DNA of 64,000 nucleotides from an uncultured Acidobacteriota bacterium (GTDB taxonomy: Bacteria; Acidobacteriota; Terriglobia; Terriglobales; Acidobacteriaceae), in the NCBI GenBank assembly GCA_963704285.1, contig OY969886.1, positions 1,854,234-1,918,233 of the forward strand. The letters are read 5' to 3'. The notes beneath the pieces were generated by a model. That model saw only the letters and a list, made by a program, of their open reading frames with translations. It was not told the origin of the DNA and did no database searches. Both the position numbers and the translations under genes were made by a program. Below, one piece after another: positions 48,621 through 56,232 of this stretch (its first letter is position 1; every line of letters starts with the position of its first letter).

Positions 48621-48655
48621 CTGACCCCACGGTGCGGTCCAAGCGCCCTGCTAAG

Positions 48656-48757
48656 CTGGGCGTGCTTCACGGCCAGGGCCGCGACGCAGTCGAGTCCTAC
48701 ACCGACCAGAAAGTGGTGATCGAACGCTGGCCCAGGGAGTGGTCAAGGAAGTTCTAA
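48656..48757 (+). repeat. Displaced second copy of the last 34 codons of mmsA
   Basis: Aligns without gaps to 48019..48120 with 8 mismatches by hand count, 6 of them synonymous or in the stop codon. Confidence 0.85.
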
Positions 48758-48783
48758 TCAGCCACGGAGGCCTTTCTTGCGCT

Positions 48784-48829
48784 GTCATCCTGAGCGCGCC
48801 GCAGTTGCGCGCGAAGGATCTTGAGGATG
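48784..48829. repeat. Family A self-folding hairpin unit immediately upstream of the GIY-YIG gene
   Basis: GTCATCCTGAGCGCGCCGCAGTTGCGCGCGAAGGATCTTGAGGATG. Confidence 0.8.
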
Positions 48830-48850
48830 CCAGGGAGGAGACAGCCGTCA

Positions 48851-49216
48851 ATGTGGACACAAAAAGGTTATTTCGTCTACATCATGAGCAGCCAGCGTCG
48901 CGTCCTCTACGTAGGGCTGACCAACAACCTGCAGCGGCGGGTCTTCCAACACAAGACCGGTGCACTGGAAGGATTCACCAGCAGGTACAAAGTGACGCAA
49001 CTCGTGTACTACGAATGTTTCGAGAATGTTCGCAATGCCATCCATCGCGAGAAGGAAATTAAAGGCTGGGTCAGGCAAAGGAAGATCGACCTGATTGAAA
49101 GCGTGAATCCTAAGTGGAAGGACCTGAGCGCCGGCTGGTACAACCGCCAGTCAGACGAAAAGCTCCGGAAGATGTTCGCCTCAAGAAACCGTATGGGCCC
49201 GAAGGGCAGTGTCTAG
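48851..49216 (+). CDS. GIY-YIG nuclease family protein
   Basis: GYFVYIMSSQRRVLYVGLTNNLQRRVFQH...REKEIKGW. SD GGAGGAG. Confidence 0.8.
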   Translation: MWTQKGYFVYIMSSQRRVLYVGLTNNLQRRVFQHKTGALEGFTSRYKVTQLVYYECFENVRNAIHREKEIKGWVRQRKIDLIESVNPKWKDLSAGWYNRQSDEKLRKMFASRNRMGPKGSV

Positions 49217-49240
49217 ATTCTTCGCTTCGCTCAGAATGAC
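49217..49240. repeat. Inverted short family A core abutting the GIY-YIG stop
   Basis: ATTCTTCGCTTCGCTCAGAATGAC is the reverse complement of GTCATTCTGAGCGAAGCGAAGAAT. Confidence 0.7.
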
Positions 49241-49369
49241 ACTCCTGACGTGCGTGGCATGGGCAAAGACTTGCGTGTCCTCCTTTTTTCTCGCAAACGC
49301 CGGAACATGAAGAAAACCAGTCGGCGGGTTTGACCGACGCTGTATTCTTGCCGGCACCGTCTGTCCGAT

Positions 49370-49415
49370 GTCATCCTGAGCCCGCCGTTTTTGCGGGCGA
49401 AGGATCTTGAGGATG
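49370..49415. repeat. Family A hairpin unit, direct copy of 48784..48829 with compensatory stem changes
   Basis: GTCATCCTGAGCCCGCCGTTTTTGCGGGCGAAGGATCTTGAGGATG. Confidence 0.8.
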
Positions 49416-49416
49416 T

Positions 49417-49597
49417 TAATGAGTTGATTGCTGCCCACGTGGTGATAGGAGTCAATCCCGGTTGGCCTCAGCCGCGTCGTAAAATCCCCCACCAACGGCA
49501 ATCGCCACGAATCCATTGTGCGCGCGATCCCGCCTATGTAAGCCCACAGGTCGGGCTGGAGCTGTTGCGGGATGAGAGCGGTTTTGTTTTTTCTGTA
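49417..49597 (-). pseudogene. Relic of an IS200/IS605-type Y1 (RAYT-like) transposase
   Basis: Minus-frame YRKNKTALIPQQLQPDLWAYIGGIARTMDSWRLPLVGDFTT...LINILK parallels STKNR..I...L...L..YIGGI.r.......vGG..DHVHLL......l...iK. The HUH motif is degraded (DFTT). Truncated at both ends. Confidence 0.45.
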
Positions 49598-49658
49598 TCA
49601 GGCGCTGTTTCGAAGGGGCCCGGCTTTTAGCCGGGCCGTAAGCGCTTGTTATTGAATT

Positions 49659-49713
49659 GTCATCCCGAGCGCAGCGCGACGTGAGCTTGCGAACGGAGCG
49701 CGAACGAGGGACC
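49659..49713. repeat. Family A arm on the 5' side of the Y1 relic
   Basis: GTCATCCCGAGCGCAGCGCGACGTGAGCTTGCGAACGGAGCGCGAACGAGGGACC. A family B hairpin, GGCCCGGCTTTTAGCCGGGCC, lies at 49617..49637. Confidence 0.7.
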
Positions 49714-49896
49714 CCTACCCGGCCAACTTTCCGCCGGGGTGGAAGCGCAGGGCTTCAGCCCTGCGTGGGGTGCGGGTGGAAGCCCACGGCCCTATTTTCT
49801 CAATCGAACTAATAGGTCTGGGATCATCAAGGGTGGTGGCGTAATCGGCGGCAACGCTCAAGACGGCGAGTGGAAGATCAGCGCACGATTCACTAA

Positions 49897-51072
49897 GGAA
49901 ACTCTGAACAAGCACTGCTTTTGAGGCAGTGGATGACGAGCAACGGGCGATTCCGATGGTCTGACCCAGTTTCGTGAGGGTATCTGGCCTCTTGATCGAC
50001 CCGCCAAAGCGGTGAGCGGCGTGCCTTGGCGCGCTACACCGCCAGCGCACGCAGCAATTTCTTGCGAACCAGAAACAGGTTCACCAGCGCGCAGGTTGCA
50101 AACAACCGGTTCGCATTCTTCACCAGTCCTCGGTAGCGCACCTTCACGAACCCGAACTTCAGCTTCATCACCCCAAACACGTGCTCGACCTTGGATCGCA
50201 CCGTGGACTTGGTCCGGTTCTTCGCCCGCTCCACTTCGTCGATCCGGTGCTTATACCGGTAGCGCCGATGGGTGCAGTCCTGCGCTCGTGGTGCGCACTC
50301 GTGAATCACCTCGGTCTGTCCGCGATACGCCTGATCGCCCCACACCCGCGTCTCTTCCCCATGCAACAGCTCCGGCAGCACCGTCGCATCCGCCACGTGG
50401 GCCGGCGTGACCAACGCCGTGTGAATCAGCTTGGTCTTGCTGTCCACCCCCACGTGCGCCTTCATCCCGAAGTACCACTGGTTGCCCTTCTTCGCCTGGT
50501 GCATCTCCGGATCGCGCTTCTGCTCGCGGTTCTTCGTCGAACTGGGCGCGTGGATGATCGTCGCATCCACGATCGTCCCCGTCGTGATGCGCACACCTTT
50601 GCCCTCCAGATGCAGGTTCACCGCCTCCAGCATCTGCCCGCCCAGCCCATGCTCTTCCAGCAGGTGACGGAACTTGCACACCGTCGTCTCGTCCGGCACC
50701 GGCTCGCATCCCAGATCGATCCCCACGAAGCTGCGCATCACCACCGAGTCGTACAGCGCCTCTTCCACCGCCGGGTCCGACAGGTTGAACCACTGCTGCA
50801 GAAAGTAGATCCGCAGCATCCGCTCCACTCCCACCGGAGGCCGCCCGTTGCCCGCCTTCGGATAATAGGGCTCGATCAGCGCACCCAGCTCCTTCCACGG
50901 CACTACCTGCTCCATCTCTTCCAGAAACAATGACCGCCGCGTCTTCTTGCTGTACCGCTCAAATCCGTTCATCATCGCCAGTGTCTCCTGCCTCATTCCT
51001 CTGCGAATCCTCCCGCTTCCCCCACTCTAACTTCTCTTCTTGTGGATAAGGCAGAACTTGTTCAGAGTCTCC
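49897..51072 (-). mobile_element. IS5-family insertion sequence (1176 bp) with 16-bp terminal inverted repeats and CTAA target duplication
   Basis: Left end GGAAACTCTGAACAAG. The right end reverse complement is GGAGACTCTGAACAAG (15/16 match). CTAA at 49893..49896 and 51073..51076. Confidence 0.8.
50034..50996 (-). CDS. IS5-family DDE transposase
   Basis: Typical N-terminus FLEEMEQVVPW..L...IEPYYPKAGNGRPP...ERMLRIYFLQQWFNLSD, plus DATII..P...KN, DQAY.G, VEHVFG..K motifs. Confidence 0.9.
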   Translation of the reverse strand: MRQETLAMMNGFERYSKKTRRSLFLEEMEQVVPWKELGALIEPYYPKAGNGRPPVGVERMLRIYFLQQWFNLSDPAVEEALYDSVVMRSFVGIDLGCEPVPDETTVCKFRHLLEEHGLGGQMLEAVNLHLEGKGVRITTGTIVDATIIHAPSSTKNREQKRDPEMHQAKKGNQWYFGMKAHVGVDSKTKLIHTALVTPAHVADATVLPELLHGEETRVWGDQAYRGQTEVIHECAPRAQDCTHRRYRYKHRIDEVERAKNRTKSTVRSKVEHVFGVMKLKFGFVKVRYRGLVKNANRLFATCALVNLFLVRKKLLRALAV

Positions 51073-51479
51073 CTAAGGGTGTTTTGATCGAGCGAATCCA
51101 CAGGATTGCACGTTACTCACGACGAATCTGTGTCTACAACCTGGATGCCGAGGTGTTTCTGTCGCACATCACTGCCGGACTCCCGAAGAAGGCCCTCATT
51201 TACCTAGATCCACCCTATTTTGAGAAGGGATCTCGGCTATACGAAAACCATTACCTTCCCGTTGACCATGCGCGCGTTGCACGGTTCGTGCAGACTAACC
51301 TGCATCATCCCTGGATTGTGTCCTACGATAACAACTCAGCCATTCGAAACCTGTATAAGCATCGTCGTCACCTGGCTTACAACCTTGCGTACACAGCTTC
51401 ACGGAGACACACGGGTTCCGAGGTGATGTTTTTTAGCGATAATCTGGAAATCCCCAAGTCCGCCGTAGTATGTGATTGA
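51073..51479 (+). pseudogene. C-terminal fragment of a D12-class (Dam-like) N6-adenine DNA methylase, interrupted by the IS5 element
   Basis: IYLDPPYFEKG (motif IV) ...PWIVSYDNN. The reading frame continues across the IS into 49739..49896 once the IS and one CTAA copy are removed, but the N-terminal SAM-binding part is not recognisable. Confidence 0.55.
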
Positions 51480-51586
51480 AGAGTTCAATTCTGTTTTGAC
51501 AACCTCCGCCCCAGAACGCCAAAACCGGGCGTTCCGGGAACACCCCTTGAAAGCCGCGCCTCCCAGAAGAAGCGTCGAAAAAAGTC

Positions 51587-51615
51587 TTGACAGGAACTCC
51601 GAATTATGATATATG
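51587..51615 (+). promoter_or_regulatory. Candidate promoter TTGACA-N17-TATATG
   Basis: TTGACA 51587..51592 and TATATG 51610..51615, in an AT-richer patch. Confidence 0.3.
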
Positions 51616-51771
51616 TATGTGACACAGATTATCTTCTAGAAATACATGCTCTCCACCAGCCCTAACTCCTTTCCCAATCGGTATTTGCCCCTAAGTCCTT
51701 TATTTAATCGGTTCTCATCGGTTACAGCTTCGCGAAATATTGATTCCATTAGACCAGGAGGTAAGGGGGGT

Positions 51772-52353
51772 ATGGTCCCATACCGATACGATCCCGAACA
51801 CATTGCACCAGCCAATGCCGCGCCGCGCTGCCAGCACATCAAGCTCAACGGCCAGCGTTGCGCCGCGCCCGCGCTACGTGGGGAGAGCCATTGCCATTTC
51901 CACAATCGCATCCAATATCGCGCTCTGGACGCGGAAGACGCAGAACCATTTCTGCCCTTCATCGAGGACGCCACCAGCCTGCAATTTGCCCTCATGCGGG
52001 TAATGCGCATGCTGGTGATGGGCCACGTCGAGCACAAACGCTGCGCGTTGCTGCTCTATTCGCTACAGATCGCCTGCGCGAACCTGAAGAATTTCATGGC
52101 CGAACAGCCGCAACCGGAGCTTGCCGAGGGCGAGAAAGTTCAGAAGATCGAGCCGAAGCGTGCCGGCGCGGAGAAAACCAAGACCAGCGACGAGGCCAGG
52201 CTGGCCGAGCTTCAGCTGGGACTCCTCGCCCAGCCTGAAGGCGATCCCGGCGCGGAATCGCCTCGCATACGTAGTCGCGAGGATTATTACGCGGCAGTGG
52301 AACAGAGACGACACTCCAGCGCCGCGTTGCCAGGCGAGAGCGTTGCACGGTGA
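51772..52353 (+). CDS. Hypothetical protein with N-terminal Cys/His cluster
   Basis: ATG 51772 preceded by GGAGGTAAGGGGGG. CQHIKLNGQRCAAPALRGESHCHFH looks like a zinc knuckle. No family name recalled. Confidence 0.45.
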   Translation: MVPYRYDPEHIAPANAAPRCQHIKLNGQRCAAPALRGESHCHFHNRIQYRALDAEDAEPFLPFIEDATSLQFALMRVMRMLVMGHVEHKRCALLLYSLQIACANLKNFMAEQPQPELAEGEKVQKIEPKRAGAEKTKTSDEARLAELQLGLLAQPEGDPGAESPRIRSREDYYAAVEQRRHSSAALPGESVAR

Positions 52354-52404
52354 TTTTGGAGCCGTTCCAGCGAAGGTGTATCCCCCGCTACGGGCGGTTG
52401 GCTT

Positions 52405-52550
52405 GTATCAGGGCACGACTTCCAGTCGTGCCGCAAAAGCTCGCAGAGTGCGTCGGGCTTTAGCCCCTGCGCCCGGCGTGTAGGCCTCAGGGGCTAAAGC
52501 CCAGTGTTTATAGGCCTCCTTACGGCGCGACTGAAGTCGCGCCCTGATAC
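52405..52550. repeat. Family B nested palindrome between convergent genes
   Basis: Outer GTATCAGGGCACGACTTCCAGTCGTGCC / GGCGCGACTGAAGTCGCGCCCTGATAC. Inner GGGCTTTAGCCCCTG / CAGGGGCTAAAGCCC. The outer arm is related to that at 31601..31630. Confidence 0.85.
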
Positions 52551-52609
52551 AAATCCGCATTGTTCTTCGGGGGTTCCGGCGGAATACACCAACGCCGAGA
52601 CGGCCGTTC

Positions 52610-53515
52610 CTACGCTGCGCCCTTCTGCCGGTCCTTGGATGACACCTGGTGATTGGCGAGATCTTCGAGCGCGCGCACCATCGCCGAGTGGTCCCAGCCG
52701 GAGCCGCCGTGCGCGGCGCAGGCATTGAACAGCTCCTGGCAAGTCGCCGTATTGGGCAGGCTCATTTTCAGCGCGCGCGCGCCGGAGAGCGCCAGGTTCA
52801 GGTCTTTCTGGTGCAGCTCGATGCGGAAGCCGGGATCGAAGGTGCGGTTGATCATGCGCTCGCCGTGCACCTCGAGGATGCGCGACGAGGCGAAGCCGCC
52901 CATCAGCGCTTTGCGGACCATGGCAGGATCGGCGCCGGCTTTCGAAGCGAACAGCAGCGCCTCGCCCACCGCCTCAATGGTGAGCGCGACGATGATCTGG
53001 TTGGCGACCTTGGTGGTTTGCCCGTCGCCGTTGCCGCCGACCAGGGTGATGTTCTTGCCCATCAGCTCGAACAGCGGCTTGACGCACGCGAACGCCTTCT
53101 CGCTGCCGCCCACCATGATGGTCAGCGAGGCCTGCTTGGCGCCGACTTCGCCGCCGGAGACGGGCGCGTCGAGATACTCGCAGCCGAGTTCGTTGATGCG
53201 GCGGGCGAAGTCTTTGGTGGCGATGGGAGAGATGGAGCTCATGTCCACCACGGTCTTGCCCGGCGCGAGACCTTGCGCGACGCCGTCGGGGCCGAAGATC
53301 GCGGCTTCGACGTCGGGTGTGTCCGGCACCATGGTGATGATGACGTCACCCTGCGTTGCCGCCTCTTTGTTGGAACGGCAAGCATGGCCGCCTTTTTCCA
53401 CCAGGTTCTGCGGGATCGGTTTGAGGTCGTGGAGGTAGAGGTCATGACCGCCGTCGATCAGGCGTCCCGCCATGGGGCGACCCATGATGCCCAGTCCGAT
53501 AAATGCGATTTTCAT
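52610..53515 (-). CDS. garR: 2-hydroxy-3-oxopropionate (tartronate semialdehyde) reductase
   Basis: MKIAFIGLGIMG Rossmann motif and DAPVSGG, a 3-hydroxyisobutyrate dehydrogenase family member. Adjacent to hyi. Confidence 0.75.
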   Translation of the reverse strand: MKIAFIGLGIMGRPMAGRLIDGGHDLYLHDLKPIPQNLVEKGGHACRSNKEAATQGDVIITMVPDTPDVEAAIFGPDGVAQGLAPGKTVVDMSSISPIATKDFARRINELGCEYLDAPVSGGEVGAKQASLTIMVGGSEKAFACVKPLFELMGKNITLVGGNGDGQTTKVANQIIVALTIEAVGEALLFASKAGADPAMVRKALMGGFASSRILEVHGERMINRTFDPGFRIELHQKDLNLALSGARALKMSLPNTATCQELFNACAAHGGSGWDHSAMVRALEDLANHQVSSKDRQKGAA

Positions 53516-53520
53516 TGCTT

Positions 53521-53612
53521 AGCTCCTTCGCTTCGCTCAGGATTTCGCCCTTCGACTTCGCTCAGGGCAGGCTCTGCGGGCTCCCGCTTCGCTCACGCCC
53601 GCAAGGCGGCTC
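53521..53612. repeat. Repeat block sharing sequence with the spacers of the tRNA-Arg tandem units
   Basis: The reverse complement contains CTTGCGGGCGTGAGCGAAGCG..GGGAGCCCGCAG, as at 9231..9275, plus a family A-like core. Confidence 0.65.
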
Positions 53613-53615
53613 AAC

Positions 53616-54404
53616 TTAAGCGGCCGCGTGTTCGTAGGGCGCGAGCCACCCCAGGCCGTCTTCGGTCCTGGCCAGCGGTTTGTATTCGCATCCCACCCAG
53701 CCCTGGTAGCCGATCGCGTCCAGATGCTGGAAGAGGAACTTGTAGTTGATCTCGCCGGTGCCGGGCTCGTGGCGTCCGGGAACGTCGGCGACCTGTATGT
53801 GCGCAATGCGCGCCAGGTTCTTGTCGATGGTCGCGGCGAGATTACCTTCCATCATCTGCATGTGGTAGACGTCGTATTGCAGATGGAGGTTGGGTTCGTT
53901 TACGTCGCGCATGATCTCGAGCGCCTGCGCCGTGTTAGTCAGAAAGAACCCGGGAATGTCGTAGGTATTGATGGGCTCGATCAGCAGCTTGATGCCGTGC
54001 TCAGCCAGGCGCGGCGCAGCGTACTTGAGGTTGTCCATGAACACCTCCCGCGTGCGGGAGTGTGGGAGGCTCTCGGGCGCAATGCCGGCGAGACAGTTGA
54101 TCTGCCGGCAGTCGAGCGCGCGAGCGTATTCGATGGCCCGCTCCACGCCTTCCTGGAACTCGCCGGCGCGGTCCAGATGGCAGGCAATGCCGCGCTCGCC
54201 GCGCTCCCAGTTTCCCGCCGGCAGGTTGTGCAGCACCTGCTTCAAACCGTGCTGGCGGAGGATTTCGGCCAGTTGCTCCTTGGGGTAAGCATAAGGGAAC
54301 AGATACTCCACGCCCGCGAACCCGCAGCGTGCGGCCGCCGCGAAGCGCGCAAGAAAATCGAGCTCGGTGAACAGCATCGAGAGATTGGCAGCGAACTTCG
54401 GCAT
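53616..54404 (-). CDS. hyi: Hydroxypyruvate isomerase
   Basis: MPKFAANLSMLFTE..F..RF.AAA..GF..VE.LFPY, typical Hyi/TIM-barrel xylose-isomerase-like pattern. Confidence 0.85.
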   Translation of the reverse strand: MPKFAANLSMLFTELDFLARFAAAARCGFAGVEYLFPYAYPKEQLAEILRQHGLKQVLHNLPAGNWERGERGIACHLDRAGEFQEGVERAIEYARALDCRQINCLAGIAPESLPHSRTREVFMDNLKYAAPRLAEHGIKLLIEPINTYDIPGFFLTNTAQALEIMRDVNEPNLHLQYDVYHMQMMEGNLAATIDKNLARIAHIQVADVPGRHEPGTGEINYKFLFQHLDAIGYQGWVGCEYKPLARTEDGLGWLAPYEHAAA

Positions 54405-54621
54405 GTGAGTCGCCTCCCCGCAGGCCCGGGGCGAAACAGCGAATCATACCGAGCGAGATGTATCTCGGACAAGCGCAACGCGCCGGATTGTTGGCTGGCG
54501 CGATGCCTTGGCATCTGCGGCGTGGGGCTGTTATATTCAGAGCGCGGCTGGTCGCAGCCGTTCCGGCTTGCTTGGTCGTACTTCGATGGGTGACAGTCCC
54601 GCCCGCGAGTCCTCAGGGAAA

Positions 54622-54697
<76 letters not shown>

Positions 54698-54755
54698 ACC
54701 CGTTTCAAAGTGATGGATGTAATCGCTGGGCCGCGGCGCTCGTCCAATCAATCTG

Positions 54756-55619
54756 ATGGTTCGCAATTCCCAACTTAGGTGGAAGTCAGTTGCGCTCGTC
54801 ATGTTGTGCCTGGGCCTGGCGGCCAGTGCCATCGCGGATGAGCGCCGCGTTTCCATCCCCCACGGAACTGTGGAGCTGCTGTCAGAACAGGAGAGCATCC
54901 AGCCCGGACATGCGATCCTGCTCGGGCTCCACTTCCGGCTGGAGAAGGGATGGCACATCTATTGGGTGAATCCGGGCGATTCGGGTGAGCCTCCGCGATT
55001 GGAATGGCACCTGCCCGCGGGATTGCGGGCCGGCGCGATCGAGTGGCCGGCGCCGAGCCGCCTGCCTACACCGCCACTGGTGGACTATGGCTACGAGGGA
55101 GAGGTCCTTCTGCCGGTGCCGATCGAGAGCACGTCAGCTCTCGCTGGCAGGAGCGAGGCGACGCTTGCAGCCGACATGAAAGCCATCGTCTGCCGCGAGG
55201 TCTGCATTCCCGCCAAGGCGCATCTTGCGCTCTCGCTGCCAGTGCGTGCGGAGCGGCCGCGCGAATCAGCCGAAACCCTGGACATGTTCCGCGCTGCCCG
55301 GAAGAGCTTGCCCAAACCGGCGCCCGCGAACTGGGGGCCGTCTGCCAAGGATCTGGGCAACAGCTTCGAGCTTCGGATCAGCACCGGTCGCTCGGTATCC
55401 CAGGCCTGGTTCGCGCCGCTCGAGCCGCTCCAAATCGAGAACGCAGCTCCGCAGGAAACTGCATCTACTGGAAGAGGAGTTCGTCTGATACTCAAGAGGT
55501 CTGACCAGTTGTTAAAGCCGGTCTCGCGGTTGCGCGGCGTGCTGGTTCTGCCCCAGGGCGCGTATCTGATCGACGCGCCGGTAGCGCCCTTGCCGGCGAA
55601 GAAGCTCAACCAGGAGTAG
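54756..55619 (+). CDS. Secreted DsbD N-terminal-like (DsbC/ScsB-type) thiol-disulfide domain protein
   Basis: Signal peptide. LEKGWHIYW.NPGDSGEPP...W.P and CREVCIP motifs. Confidence 0.6.
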   Translation: MVRNSQLRWKSVALVMLCLGLAASAIADERRVSIPHGTVELLSEQESIQPGHAILLGLHFRLEKGWHIYWVNPGDSGEPPRLEWHLPAGLRAGAIEWPAPSRLPTPPLVDYGYEGEVLLPVPIESTSALAGRSEATLAADMKAIVCREVCIPAKAHLALSLPVRAERPRESAETLDMFRAARKSLPKPAPANWGPSAKDLGNSFELRISTGRSVSQAWFAPLEPLQIENAAPQETASTGRGVRLILKRSDQLLKPVSRLRGVLVLPQGAYLIDAPVAPLPAKKLNQE

Positions 55620-55623
55620 TGAG

Positions 55624-56232
55624 ATGAAACGAGGATTCGCTTGCGTGGTAACGCTGGTTTGGATGGCTCTGTCCACTGCCGCTCTGGCCGCAAGGGTTGG
55701 CGAGCCTGCCCCGAACTTCACGGCCATCGACAGTAATGGCAAAGCCCACACGCTTGCCGCTTATCACGGCAAGTTCGTGGTGCTCGAATGGCATAACCAG
55801 GGATGTCCCTACACCCAGAAGCACTACAACAGCGGCAACATGGAGCGGTTGCAGAAGGAGTGGACACAGAAAGGAGTGGTCTGGCTGACGGTGATCTCCT
55901 CCGCGCCCGGCACGCAGGGCTATGTCACCGCCGAGCAGGAGAATGATTACATGCGCCGGATGAACGCCACGCCGACTGCGGCGCTCCTCGATCCCAACGG
56001 CGACCTCGGCCATCTCTACAGCGCCAAGACCACGCCTCACATGTTCATCATCAACCCCGATGGCGTGTTGATCTACGACGGCGCCATCGATGACAGACCA
56101 ACGTCCGACCAGGCGGACATCGCGAGCTCCAGGAACTACGTCTCACTGGCGCTCAACGAGGCCATGTCAGGCAAGCCGGTCAGCACGCCCACGTCGCGCC
56201 CGTACGGTTGCTCGGTCAAGTACGCCCACTAA
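55624..56232 (+). CDS. Secreted thioredoxin-fold redoxin (AhpC/TSA-TlpA-like)
   Basis: APNFTAIDSNGK...GKFVVLEWHNQGCPY and TPHMFIINPDG. Confidence 0.7.
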   Translation: MKRGFACVVTLVWMALSTAALAARVGEPAPNFTAIDSNGKAHTLAAYHGKFVVLEWHNQGCPYTQKHYNSGNMERLQKEWTQKGVVWLTVISSAPGTQGYVTAEQENDYMRRMNATPTAALLDPNGDLGHLYSAKTTPHMFIINPDGVLIYDGAIDDRPTSDQADIASSRNYVSLALNEAMSGKPVSTPTSRPYGCSVKYAH

